The translations under genes were made by a program, and so were the position numbers. From positions 1-44,159 of the forward strand of contig JBAXOY010000008.1 in assembly GCA_037133055.1 (NCBI GenBank): a stretch of DNA of 44,159 nt. Direction: 5' to 3'. This DNA is from Chlamydiota bacterium. Its GTDB lineage: Bacteria > Auribacterota > Tritonobacteria > UBA1439. How positions within the stretch are numbered: position 1 is the first letter of the stretch; every line of letters starts with the position of its first letter. The notes beneath the pieces were generated by a model. That model had not been told where the DNA came from. It made no database searches and saw only the letters and a program-made list of their open reading frames with translations. Of the stretch, positions 1 through 9,261 are shown piece after piece.

Positions 1-67
1 TATAAAAGGAGACCATTACCTTTTCTATCCACTCCCCCTATCCGCCATTTCGGGCCGCTGTAGAGGC

Positions 68-116
68 TTGACAGCAGATGCGGACCCTCCGATACTATGT
101 ATGGATAAACATACAT
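68..116 (+). promoter_or_regulatory. Sigma70-type promoter with overlapping inverted-repeat operator upstream of the toxin-antitoxin locus
   Basis: TTGACA (68-73), 17 bp spacer, GATACT (91-96), then the perfect inverted repeat ATGTATG-gataaa-CATACAT (97-116). This layout is typical of antitoxin autorepression sites. Confidence 0.65.
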
Positions 117-132
117 GTCGACGGAGGCGCAG

Positions 133-381
133 ATGACCACACTCACCTCGACGGATGCCAGGCGTGAGTTTTTCGATCTCGTCAAGAGGACTACCTCGGG
201 CCATAAAATGTTCCGGATCCGCCACCGCAACGGATCGGCAGTCCTCATGTCGGAAGACGACTACGAAAGCCTCATGGAAACCCTGGAACTGCGCGCCATC
301 CCCGGCTTCCGCGCGAGCATGAAACGTTCCGTTGCCCAGATGAAACGCGGTGATACTCTCTCCTTTGCTGAAGTCCTTTGA
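133..381 (+). CDS. Phd/YefM family type II antitoxin
   Basis: Sequence T.T.AR..FF.LV......I.HRNGSAVLMSEDDYESLMETLEL matches the Phd/YefM pattern. GGAGG precedes ATG133 (alternative start 115). The stop overlaps the next start (TTGA). Confidence 0.9.
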   Translation: MTTLTSTDARREFFDLVKRTTSGHKMFRIRHRNGSAVLMSEDDYESLMETLELRAIPGFRASMKRSVAQMKRGDTLSFAEVL

Positions 382-515
382 GCCGGCACGTGAGACCTTA
401 CACGATCCGTGTTACCCGGGAAGCAGCCGGGGATGTCAGAAAACTCCCCCCTCGCCTGAAGAAGAAACTGAAAGAAATCCTGTCAGCCGACATCGCCCTG
501 GATCACTTATCGGGA
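378..515 (+). pseudogene. N-terminal remnant of a RelE/ParE/YoeB-like toxin
   Basis: YTIRVTREAAGDVRKLPPRLKKKLKEILSADIALD resembles the RelE N-terminal strand and helices, and it sits in the toxin position after the antitoxin. The C-terminal catalytic half is absent. Confidence 0.65.
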
Positions 516-3062
516 CTCCGTCCGATATGCGGACAATGCAAAACCCCGCTCGACGCATCGCCTGCCCTCCTAAAAGGCGCACGCGAAAGAAAATGGGTTA
601 TTCCGGGCATCGTGATTGCGGGAGGCTGCTTCATTGTTGTCGCCGCACTCATGCTGAACATCCGCCGATCAATGGCCTCCCCTATCGGGCAAGGTGGCGC
701 ACCACCCACGTGGCTTAGCATCAGCTATGCTGACCTCTTGGATACACACGCGATCATCCGCACCGGCCAGAACCTCGGCTCGGCATTGCGCGACGCCAGA
801 CTGCGGAACGCTGTTCAGCCCTTCGTTGACGGGTATTCACAACTGCTTCCGGCTTCCATCGAGATCGCCCAAGGTCCGGATCAAACACCTTGCCACAGTG
901 TACTGGACTTTTTTACGCCGGGCGAACGACAGCCTGCGTGGGTCGCTATTCTTCGAGGTGGCCGGATACACATCGTGACTGACGACAAGAACCATGCAAA
1001 GGTCTTTCTTCTGGGGGACGATCCGAAACAGGCCTACTCCCGGAACTACTCGGTGGTGCGTCATTGTCTGAGCATGCTTAGCCGGCTGGCGAATGGGGAC
1101 TTGAACGTTGACGTATTCGCTTACCACAACGACTACGCACGCTCGGAACTCAGACTCAACACGAGGCCCTATTCCTTTCGAGCCAACGCCTTCGAACCTC
1201 GGAAGCCCGTTGTGGATTTGGATGCGCTCGTCGCCTTCTTTGCGGAGGGACCGGAGATTCAAGGGGCAGCACTCAAGAAGGATGAGGGACTGATACTGTA
1301 CGGAAGTGAAGGCCCAAAGCCAACGCTTGCCGGGAAGCCCGTTGAATTATCGGATCTGGCTGTCGCGTACAGAGCGGTATTTCATGCCGGGGACAACGAG
1401 GCTTTCATCAGCCTTGATCCGAATAATGACCCAACAAAGGTCACGGTGAATTTTGGAGGCTTCCTTGAGAATACGCGACTTGGCTCCGTGGTTCTCGAAG
1501 CCGACAAACGCTTCAAGACGATCACAAGCGGGCTCGATCCAAACTCTTTTCGTGATGTGCGGAACTACACTCGTAACCACGTGTCATCGTTTCTATCCGG
1601 CGCGGAACGCACTCTCTTGAGGGATGCTCAACGTGCCGATGTTGAATGGATCGGAACGCGGTTTTGGTACTATCCGGACGCAATCGGAGTCGATTCGGAT
1701 CTGAATTGGGAATATGCGGTGATCACCAATCCGCGCTTTACTGCGGACGCCGAAAGGAGCAGAGAGGATTTTGCGTCTCCGGAGGAATTTGAACGCAAGA
1801 AGCGCGACACGCTTTCCCCCATCATTCGCGAAAACATCGACGATTTGAACCGAAACTATGTTCGGTACGCGCAGGCGTTTCCGGAAATCTCGGAGCTGAC
1901 GACGGTGGCGCGCTTGATGGGCCTCTGCAGTTGGCTTTTCAAGGCGCACCCGGCTTGGCTCGATTGCGATGAACTACTCAGCGTCGAACTGCCGCCGTGC
2001 ATAACTGAAGTTGAAAGAACACAGTTAATCGCCGCAACCTTCTTCTCTCATCCGAAGGAAGAGCTGACGGAACCGCAACGGATTATCGAGGACTCAAAGG
2101 TCGTTTTTCTCAGTCCTATTCTGGACAAAACAGTGGACGAATTTTTTCAGTCTGGCACAAACGTCGTGAAGTATTTGAGCGGCGAGTCTGAACCAACTGC
2201 TGCCGAACACGTCGCGTTCGACTCGGAGGCTGCTCGCCTGTTCGGCCAGTACCGGTATCGCAAGGTGCGAGATATGCTCCATGCGAAACGAGACGTTGAA
2301 CTGTTCGCCACCTATGCAGCGAGCACGGTTGATGTTCCACCGCCGACGGCAGCACACAATCTCGAAGACCGGATCACCGCGGATAAGACCACCCTAACCA
2401 ACCTTGAATCCGCCGTTACGCAGATAAAGAGACGCATGAGCTTAGAAACGACCCCTGAAACCTACAACGCATCGGTTCACAGACATAACCAACTCGTCGA
2501 TGAATATCAACGAGTTCGCACCAGACTTACCCTGGCCATCGACCACTACAATGCGCTCAATATACAGGTCCCGCACATCGTTGAGATCGGAGGCGGGATC
2601 AGCCTCGAACCGTCCAAGTTCGCCGTTCGACGGAATGCTTCGAGTCCGAAGCTGATCGAGTTCAAAAGCCGTATCTCAAACGTTGGCCCACGATGGACTG
2701 ACCTGCGCACTTCCAGAAAATGGATGAGGAGCGACAGCACCACAAGAGGAACATCGCCAGGCAGACCGCGAACCAAGTTGGATGAGCGGATGGCGGTTGG
2801 GTATCAAATCAAACATTGGACGAGAACTGACGCCCGAGATGGTTCATGGAAGGCGGTTGTGCGACTGGATGCAACTCGCGCACAGGAAAAGTCCTACAAC
2901 GCACCACAACAGCAGTTGCAGGTCGCAGAGTTTACGTCCGGGCAACTGCACGCCCTGGTCATTGCTCAGAGAGATGCGAAGGGGCGAATCGTGTTCAGAC
3001 GGGCAGACCGTAGGGATGTTCCGCCACCGCAGGACCCGCCAGTGTGGCAGTCGCCGAATTAA
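378..3062 (+). CDS. Large membrane-anchored hypothetical protein with a DUF1598-like core, fused in frame to the toxin remnant
   Basis: 894-aa ORF with half a zinc ribbon (RPICGQCKTPL), a TM helix (WVIPGIVIAGGCFIVVAALML), motifs SLDP, VVLEADKRFKTITSGLD and TRFWYYP recalling DUF1598-type proteins, and a coiled-coil region near aa 660-720. GC is visibly lower than in the rest of the window. Confidence 0.6.
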   Translation: MSRHVRPYTIRVTREAAGDVRKLPPRLKKKLKEILSADIALDHLSGLRPICGQCKTPLDASPALLKGARERKWVIPGIVIAGGCFIVVAALMLNIRRSMASPIGQGGAPPTWLSISYADLLDTHAIIRTGQNLGSALRDARLRNAVQPFVDGYSQLLPASIEIAQGPDQTPCHSVLDFFTPGERQPAWVAILRGGRIHIVTDDKNHAKVFLLGDDPKQAYSRNYSVVRHCLSMLSRLANGDLNVDVFAYHNDYARSELRLNTRPYSFRANAFEPRKPVVDLDALVAFFAEGPEIQGAALKKDEGLILYGSEGPKPTLAGKPVELSDLAVAYRAVFHAGDNEAFISLDPNNDPTKVTVNFGGFLENTRLGSVVLEADKRFKTITSGLDPNSFRDVRNYTRNHVSSFLSGAERTLLRDAQRADVEWIGTRFWYYPDAIGVDSDLNWEYAVITNPRFTADAERSREDFASPEEFERKKRDTLSPIIRENIDDLNRNYVRYAQAFPEISELTTVARLMGLCSWLFKAHPAWLDCDELLSVELPPCITEVERTQLIAATFFSHPKEELTEPQRIIEDSKVVFLSPILDKTVDEFFQSGTNVVKYLSGESEPTAAEHVAFDSEAARLFGQYRYRKVRDMLHAKRDVELFATYAASTVDVPPPTAAHNLEDRITADKTTLTNLESAVTQIKRRMSLETTPETYNASVHRHNQLVDEYQRVRTRLTLAIDHYNALNIQVPHIVEIGGGISLEPSKFAVRRNASSPKLIEFKSRISNVGPRWTDLRTSRKWMRSDSTTRGTSPGRPRTKLDERMAVGYQIKHWTRTDARDGSWKAVVRLDATRAQEKSYNAPQQQLQVAEFTSGQLHALVIAQRDAKGRIVFRRADRRDVPPPQDPPVWQSPN

Positions 3063-3162
3063 GGGCGACGTCACCCTATCCTATCAGCGTGAGGGCTTGG
3101 AGCCTGTCCGAGTTACCCAGGCCGCGAATCTCACGTGTCCCTCCTGCCCGCGTGAACCGATG

Positions 3163-4227
3163 CTACTGTTTCCCGCCGAACATCTCCTGCGGCGGCTTCG
3201 GGCCCCGGATCTGGGTCTTCACGAACCGGTACACCCCCCACCCGAGCGCGACCGCCACGGCGAGGAGGAGAAGCTTTTTCCCGCGCCCCGGGCTCTTCCC
3301 GGAGGCGGGCGACGGGGCGGCGGATGGTGCTGGCGTGACCGCGGGGGCAGGGGTTGCCGTGGGCGCGGGCTTCGGCGTGACCTTCGCGAAGGCTCGCGAG
3401 AGCAGTTCCTTCGCCTTGGCGTCGCGCACCTTCTTCTCCTTCGACCCCGCGACCACGGCGATGAACCGGTTCCCGCCGCGCTCCGCGGTGGCGACAAGCG
3501 AATACCCGCCTAGCCTGAAGTACCCTGTCTTCAACCCGTCGCAGCCGTTGAACGTGCCGAGCAGCGTGTTGTGGTTGGCCATGCCGAACTTCCCGTCACG
3601 GAAGCCGCGCGACTGGGTCGAGGTGTATTTCAGGATCGCCGGGTGCTTCAAGAGCTCCCGGGCAAGGAGCGTGAGGTCGCGCGGCGTGCTGACGTCGGGC
3701 TCCTGCCCCTTGTCGGGGGGAAGCCCGTGGACGGTGTGGAACCGGGTGGACTTCATCCCGAGCGCGTCGGCCTTCTGCTGCATCATCTGCACGAACCCCC
3801 CGGTCGAGCCGGCCGTCTGGAGTGCGAGCGCCACGGCCGCGTCGTTCGCCGACTTGACCATCAGGGCGTAGAGGAGCTCCTCGACGGGGAACGACTCGTG
3901 CTCGGCGAGGTACACCTGCGAACCGCCGATGCGGCACGCCTCCGCCGTCGCCCGCACCGGGTCGTTCAGCCCGAGTTCCTTCCGGTCGATCTTCTCCTGG
4001 AGGATCAGGAGGTCCATGAGCTTCACGATGCTCGCCGGATAGCACTCTGCGTCCGCGTTCTCCTCGAAGACCGTCTCCCCCGTCCCGGCGTTCACCACGA
4101 TCGCCCCGAGGTACGGCGCGCGGGTGCGGTTGGGTATCGCGGCGCGGCCGGCGAACACACGGGGGACGGGGAGGCAGGGAAGCAGCAGCGCGGCGGCCAG
4201 CATGGCGACAGGCGAAATTCTCTTCAC
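3163..4227 (-). CDS. dacA: D-alanyl-D-alanine carboxypeptidase (peptidase S11, PBP5/6 family)
   Basis: YPASIVK (SxxK), KSAND (SxN), HGL and GLKTG motifs, a signal peptide, a Pro/Ala linker and a C-terminal TM anchor. GTG start follows GAGGAGG. Confidence 0.9.
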   Translation of the reverse strand: MKRISPVAMLAAALLLPCLPVPRVFAGRAAIPNRTRAPYLGAIVVNAGTGETVFEENADAECYPASIVKLMDLLILQEKIDRKELGLNDPVRATAEACRIGGSQVYLAEHESFPVEELLYALMVKSANDAAVALALQTAGSTGGFVQMMQQKADALGMKSTRFHTVHGLPPDKGQEPDVSTPRDLTLLARELLKHPAILKYTSTQSRGFRDGKFGMANHNTLLGTFNGCDGLKTGYFRLGGYSLVATAERGGNRFIAVVAGSKEKKVRDAKAKELLSRAFAKVTPKPAPTATPAPAVTPAPSAAPSPASGKSPGRGKKLLLLAVAVALGWGVYRFVKTQIRGPKPPQEMFGGKQ

Positions 4228-4292
4228 AACGTGTTCCTCCTCCTCGTGGCGGCGTTCGTAGAGTGGGAAGTCTATCAGAACCCCCGCGCCGT

Positions 4293-4910
4293 TCAATGCT
4301 TTTCGGGCCGCGGACGCCGCCCGAGAGCGCGCGCGATCCTTTGGAGCCACCATCCGCAGGCGTAGAGTGCGACCAGGGGGTCGAGGAGGTAGTCCCAGAG
4401 ATTGCCGGACTCGATCGCGTGAAGATCGAAGGCCGCGAGGGCAACAAGCGGGATAAGCGCCGCGGCGCGACGCCCCGATACCCACGCCCACAGGGACACG
4501 GCGAGCACCCCGCACACAAGCCCGAACGGGCGGTAGCCGAGATGGTAGACGTCGAACGGCGTGAAGCCCGCCGCGGTCGGGTACAGGACAAGCCCCGCGA
4601 GGGCGACGGCCGCGAAGAGGAGCGCGCGGTCGGGGTCCCGGAGAATGGGCCCGCCGCCGGCCGCGGCGAGCGACGCGGCGAGAAGCAGGGCGAGGGTGGT
4701 GACGCTCAGGTCCCCCGCGACGCCGCGAAAATAGCCGTAGAGCGGCAGGCCGTTCACCGGCAGGAGGACCGATCCCGCGCAGGCGGCCGCGAGCGCGATG
4801 CGGAAGGCCCGCGATCCCCCGAAAAGCCGCGCGAGGGAGGCCGCCGCGGCCGCGACGATGAGGGCGGGCCCGAGGGCGCCGCACAGCCGGTCGAGCAGCA
4901 GGGCATGCAT
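4293..4910 (-). CDS. Multi-pass membrane hypothetical protein
   Basis: Several hydrophobic helices with motifs GDLSVTT, FDVYHLGY and SGNLWDYLLDP. The start overlaps the upstream stop (TGATG). Confidence 0.75.
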   Translation of the reverse strand: MHALLLDRLCGALGPALIVAAAAASLARLFGGSRAFRIALAAACAGSVLLPVNGLPLYGYFRGVAGDLSVTTLALLLAASLAAAGGGPILRDPDRALLFAAVALAGLVLYPTAAGFTPFDVYHLGYRPFGLVCGVLAVSLWAWVSGRRAAALIPLVALAAFDLHAIESGNLWDYLLDPLVALYACGWWLQRIARALGRRPRPEKH

Positions 4911-6109
4911 CAGAGCGCCTCCAGCCAGGCGCGGTTGAAGCGCACGTGCCTGATGCGCTCGCGGTTCCACGAGTAGAGCACGTGGAAGATCCCGTCGCTC
5001 GCCTCGATCATGAACGGGTAGGAGAACCCGACCGTCTCATCCTCCTTCTCCCCCCGCACAAACTCGTGGACCTCGTCCCAGCGCTCTCCCCCGTCCCGCG
5101 ACCGCGCGAGGCCCAGGGTGTCGCGGTCGTACTCCAGCATGTTGTACGCGAGCCAGAGCGTCCCGTCGTCCGCCCTGAGCGCGCTCACCGCAGAGTCCGG
5201 GTTCGGGAGCGGCAGCAGTTCGAGCGGCGACCAGCTCCGGCCCCCGTCGGCGGACCGCGACCGGAGGATGCGCCGCTCGGGCATGCCGCTCTGCCGCAGG
5301 AACGCGACCGCCCGCGACCCGTCGAGGGGCACCACGGACGGCTGGAGCGACGCGCGCCCCCACGATATCCGGGACTCGTCGAGCGGAGCGCCGTCCGGCC
5401 CGAGGCGGAGGAGCGCCCCGAACTTGCCGATCAGCTCGTGGTACACCGGAAGCCCCATCGAGCCGTCGCGGTACCGCACCGCGCCGCACCGCACGAGCGT
5501 CCCCATGTTGAAGATCGGGCAGGTGACGAGGCGCCGCGCGCGGCTCCAGTCGCGCCCGTCGTCCTCCGAGACCTTCACGTTGAGCGCGCTTCCCGACCAG
5601 CCGCCCGCCGACACGCTCACGTAGAAGAGCCAGATCCTTCCCCGGTCGTCACGGTGGAGCACGGCGTTTCCTATCTTCCTGATGTAGCGGCCGAGGTCGG
5701 CCCGGGTGCCGGCGACATCGGTGAGCAGGCAGGGGGTTGACCAGCGCCCGGAGCGGCGGCTCCAGTCGGCCCGGTAGAGCGCGACGTCGCTCGACCCCTC
5801 CTCGATCCCCGCGTACCAGACCGCCATCAGGTCGCCGTCGCCCATCTCCACGACGGCGGGGCAATGGGCGAACTGCGTGAGCTTCTCCGCATCGACAAAA
5901 TCCTCGCGGAGGAATGGGCGCGCATCATCGGGCCCGCGCGGCCGCACGGGGGCGGGGGGAGCGAACTCGCGGCACGGCGCCTCGAGAAACCCGCGGACGA
6001 GCGGGGGGATGCCCGCGAGTAGGAACAGGAGGCCGAAAGCAAGGTGTGCGGCAGCGCCGCGGGAGTGTCGCGCCATCTCTGTCCCCTTCTTGCCCGTCTT
6101 CCTCCGCAT
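4910..6109 (-). CDS. Sialidase-family / BNR (Asp-box) repeat beta-propeller protein
   Basis: Repeated Asp-boxes SEDDGRDWS, SADGGRSWS and SRDGGERW, plus LPNPDS and FSYP motifs and an N-terminal TM/signal. Start is 6109 or 6076. Confidence 0.85.
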   Translation of the reverse strand: MRRKTGKKGTEMARHSRGAAAHLAFGLLFLLAGIPPLVRGFLEAPCREFAPPAPVRPRGPDDARPFLREDFVDAEKLTQFAHCPAVVEMGDGDLMAVWYAGIEEGSSDVALYRADWSRRSGRWSTPCLLTDVAGTRADLGRYIRKIGNAVLHRDDRGRIWLFYVSVSAGGWSGSALNVKVSEDDGRDWSRARRLVTCPIFNMGTLVRCGAVRYRDGSMGLPVYHELIGKFGALLRLGPDGAPLDESRISWGRASLQPSVVPLDGSRAVAFLRQSGMPERRILRSRSADGGRSWSPLELLPLPNPDSAVSALRADDGTLWLAYNMLEYDRDTLGLARSRDGGERWDEVHEFVRGEKEDETVGFSYPFMIEASDGIFHVLYSWNRERIRHVRFNRAWLEAL

Positions 6110-6131
6110 GAGTATACTTATACTAAAGAAG

Positions 6132-7979
6132 TCACCCCAGGAACACCACCCGCATCTCGCACCGGCCGCAGTCGAACTCGATGCGGTGCTTCCGGTGCGC
6201 GTCCACGAGAAAGAGCGCTTCCGCCTCCCCGCCGCCGGCGCAGCCGCGCGTGCGCGGGCACAGGCCGAGCCGCCTCCGTACGCACGCGCGCGCGGTGAGG
6301 ACGGTCTTTCCCTTCAGATCGCGCCGGAGCTCGAGGGCCTCCTCGATCCCGGCCACGCCGTGCCGCTCGTAGAAGCGCCGGGCCAGCCGGTTCGAGACGT
6401 TCAGGCGGTGGCCGGGCAGATCCCCGGGGTACGGGACGCCGTTCCGCGCGATCAGGGACTCGTCGCGGGGACAGGCGCGCGCCCCTTCCCCATCAAGGCG
6501 GGAGACGAGCTCACGCCTCATCCCGTTCAGCATCGCCGCTCTGAGCATCCACGGGCGAGAAAGCCGCACCCCGATCCCCGCGATGGCGTAGGGCGTCCCG
6601 CCCATCCGTGCGAACTGCCCCCGAACCGCGGCCTCGGCCTTCTCCATGCTCCGGGCGGCGACCTTCTCCGCCGCCGCCTCGGCTTGCACGGCAATGCCGC
6701 GGACGTCTGCTGCGCAAGCGCGGAAGCCCGACGGGGTTTCTTCGAACTCCACCCGGATCGGAATCTTGCGCTCGGGGGGATTCCGCGACAGCGCCGCGAG
6801 GAACTCCCGGTCGAGGTTCCGATAGAGGACGGCCCCGGGGTGCGCGATGCGCGTGTCGCGGGGATAGATCCGACCCCCCTTCACCCTGGTGACAAGGGTG
6901 CCGCGCAGGGCCCCCTGCCGGTCGAAAAGGCAGATGCCGTCGCCGTTGTGGAGGGGAGCGTCGCCTTCGAGGGTGAAGGAGTTCCCGCGCACGCCCGTCA
7001 CCCGTCCGACGGATTTCCCGATTGACTTCCGGGTGAGCGGCGAGGCCGCATCGCCTGCATTCCCCGAGATGCGGTATTCGGTGAAGCCGCGGTTGAACGT
7101 CCTGGCGGGGTCCGGCTCGAACGGGAGGACTGCCTCTCCGACGGAGCCGCGGCGGAGGCCCGGGTCGGAGGCGATGATCCGGTCAAGCTCCCGTCGGTAG
7201 TATGCCGTGAGGTTCGTTACGTACGCCGCGTCCTTGAGCCGCCCCTCGATTTTGAACGTGGTGATCCCCGCCTCGATAAGGTCGCGGAGGCGGCGCGAGA
7301 GATCGAGGTCCTTGAGCGAGAGCGGGTAGCGATCCCTCTCGATCGTCCGCCCGTCACCATCCTCGACCGAATACCTCCCCCGGCACGGCTGGGCGCAGTC
7401 GCCGCGGTTCGCGCTCCTCCCGCAGACCGCGAGGCTGAACCAGCACTGCCCGCTCACACCCGCGCAGAGCGCCCCGGCGGCGAAACACTCGAGCTCGACG
7501 GAGGTGCGGGCGCGGATCTCGCGGATCTCCGCGAGGGAGAGTTCGCGGGCGAGTATGACGCGCCGAAACCCGACGTCCTCGAGAAACTTCACCTTCCGCC
7601 GGTCGCGGTTGTCGGTCTGTGTGCTGGCGAAGAGGGGGATCGGGGGGAGATCCATCTCCAGGATCCCCATGTCCTGGATGATCAGCGCGTCCGCTCCCGC
7701 GTCCCAGACCTCGCGGATAATCTTCCGCGCCTCCTCCAGCTCGCGGTCGTAGAGGATGGTATTCAGGGCGACATAGACCCGAGCCCGGAACCGGTGGGCG
7801 TAGGCGGCGAGTTTCCGGATATCCCCCGTGGAATTCCCCGCGGCGCTGCGGGCGCCGAACTTCCGCGCGCCGATATACACGGCGTCCGCCCCCGCGTCGA
7901 TCGCGGCGATGCCGCACGCGAAATCCCTCGCCGGGGCCGAAAGCTCGATGCATCGCACCGGTCCCACCCGTCCGTCCAT
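6132..7979 (-). CDS. rlhA: Peptidase U32 family protein, RlhA/YdcP-like 23S rRNA hydroxylase with C-terminal DUF3656-like region
   Basis: ELSAPA, GADAVYIG, FGAR, LARELSL, C..SGQC, SANRGDCAQPCR, FKIEGRLK and TFNRG motifs. The length of about 615 aa fits the RlhA subtype. The start was trimmed from the longer ORF. Confidence 0.8.
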   Translation of the reverse strand: MDGRVGPVRCIELSAPARDFACGIAAIDAGADAVYIGARKFGARSAAGNSTGDIRKLAAYAHRFRARVYVALNTILYDRELEEARKIIREVWDAGADALIIQDMGILEMDLPPIPLFASTQTDNRDRRKVKFLEDVGFRRVILARELSLAEIREIRARTSVELECFAAGALCAGVSGQCWFSLAVCGRSANRGDCAQPCRGRYSVEDGDGRTIERDRYPLSLKDLDLSRRLRDLIEAGITTFKIEGRLKDAAYVTNLTAYYRRELDRIIASDPGLRRGSVGEAVLPFEPDPARTFNRGFTEYRISGNAGDAASPLTRKSIGKSVGRVTGVRGNSFTLEGDAPLHNGDGICLFDRQGALRGTLVTRVKGGRIYPRDTRIAHPGAVLYRNLDREFLAALSRNPPERKIPIRVEFEETPSGFRACAADVRGIAVQAEAAAEKVAARSMEKAEAAVRGQFARMGGTPYAIAGIGVRLSRPWMLRAAMLNGMRRELVSRLDGEGARACPRDESLIARNGVPYPGDLPGHRLNVSNRLARRFYERHGVAGIEEALELRRDLKGKTVLTARACVRRRLGLCPRTRGCAGGGEAEALFLVDAHRKHRIEFDCGRCEMRVVFLG

Positions 7980-8066
7980 TGCGCGCCCTCCGGGAATGTA
8001 GTAGTATACAGCACGTTCACGCCGTTCCGGCCAGGCCAGTTGCGGCCCCATGGAAGGAGATTCGCC

Positions 8067-9212
8067 ATGCGCCCACGTGTTCCCGGTGTTGCGGTCTGCG
8101 TCCTTCTCACAGCCTGCCGCCTGACCTTCTCCCCCGCTCCCGCCGCGGCCTTCCCCGCGAGCTGGCCGCAGGAGTACCTCGACGCGCTCGCGGACACGTC
8201 GAAGGACGCGACCCCCGACAAGGTCTCGCGCGACCTCATCGCGATCCTCCCCGAGGAACTTTTCCTCACCTGGGATGCGGGCGGGGAGCGGGTGCTCGTG
8301 ACGACATGGACCGACGCCAAATACTATCCGGTCTATCACAAGCCCGGCGATATCATCACGGTGAGCGCGGCGCACCTCATCTGGGTTGCCATCCCCGACT
8401 GGCTCAAGGCGTGGGTCGGGGCGACCGCGTTCCCGGCGGATGACCTCGCCCTGCGCCTGAAGCAGCTGAACGGCCTGCCCCCCGACGCTGACAAGACGTG
8501 GTACGTCGAGTTCTGGGCGAAGCCGACCGACCTTTTCCGACCGAGCCCCGACCCCGAGGTCACCGACCACGAGGCGCTCATGGATTTCCCCGACAACGCA
8601 TACCTCACCATCGACCCCGCCTACATCACATGGTTCAACGATCTCCGCGCAATCTCCTATACAAGCGACACCGCGCACCCGTGGACCCGCCTCGGCTACA
8701 CCTACGACTGGGGCAACACGTACAACCATCTGGGGGCAAGCGAATTCGTCATCCGCGCCGGGGCCCAGGTCGAGATCGCCTCGATGGCGAAGACCGAGGA
8801 CACCCTGGCCGTCTCCCCCACCGTCATCGACTGCGGGCGGGGGGACAGGATCACACGTGTCGACGACCATATCGTGATCTCGGCGTGCGCGACGCTGCCG
8901 CTGGCCGCCGAGCCGGCGGGGGCTCACCCGGCCCCCGGCACGCACTGCGACGTGTACATCTTGGTGGTCTCGCCGTGGGGCGACACCATGAGCCTCCTGC
9001 CGAACGGGGCGCTTGTCGAGGGTTTCCATCCCTACTCCTCCTCCCTCCCCCGCTCCGGGGAGCGCCTCTGCGCGACGCTCCTCGATTACACGGTGCAGGG
9101 ATCATTCCCGACGGGGCAGTGGAAAGCGTATGTCGCCGTGCTGCCCGCGGGGGCCCGGTTCATACCCGGGCACGTCCTCACCTATGCGGTCACGAATGTC
9201 ATGATCGAATAA
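8067..9212 (+). CDS. Secreted hypothetical protein (PWTRLGYTYDWG domain plus shared C-terminal domain)
   Basis: AGGAG precedes ATG8067 and a signal peptide follows. Conserved-looking motifs LRLKQLNGLPP, DLFRPSPDPE, PWTRLGYTYDWG and GASEFVI. The C-terminal ~120 aa resemble those of 31305..32198. Confidence 0.75.
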   Translation: MRPRVPGVAVCVLLTACRLTFSPAPAAAFPASWPQEYLDALADTSKDATPDKVSRDLIAILPEELFLTWDAGGERVLVTTWTDAKYYPVYHKPGDIITVSAAHLIWVAIPDWLKAWVGATAFPADDLALRLKQLNGLPPDADKTWYVEFWAKPTDLFRPSPDPEVTDHEALMDFPDNAYLTIDPAYITWFNDLRAISYTSDTAHPWTRLGYTYDWGNTYNHLGASEFVIRAGAQVEIASMAKTEDTLAVSPTVIDCGRGDRITRVDDHIVISACATLPLAAEPAGAHPAPGTHCDVYILVVSPWGDTMSLLPNGALVEGFHPYSSSLPRSGERLCATLLDYTVQGSFPTGQWKAYVAVLPAGARFIPGHVLTYAVTNVMIE

Positions 9213-9261
9213 CGGGGTTTCGGCGCGCGGCGGGCGGTGTGTCACGGGGCGCGGTGCGCGA

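Noticed and set aside
4228..4884. Long N-terminal extensions in the ORF track (dacA to 4884, U32 to 9029, mdcH to 14003, pqiA to 42499)
   Set aside because: These are Arg/Pro-rich or antisense read-through typical of high-GC DNA and overlap real genes. Starts were trimmed to SD-supported codons.
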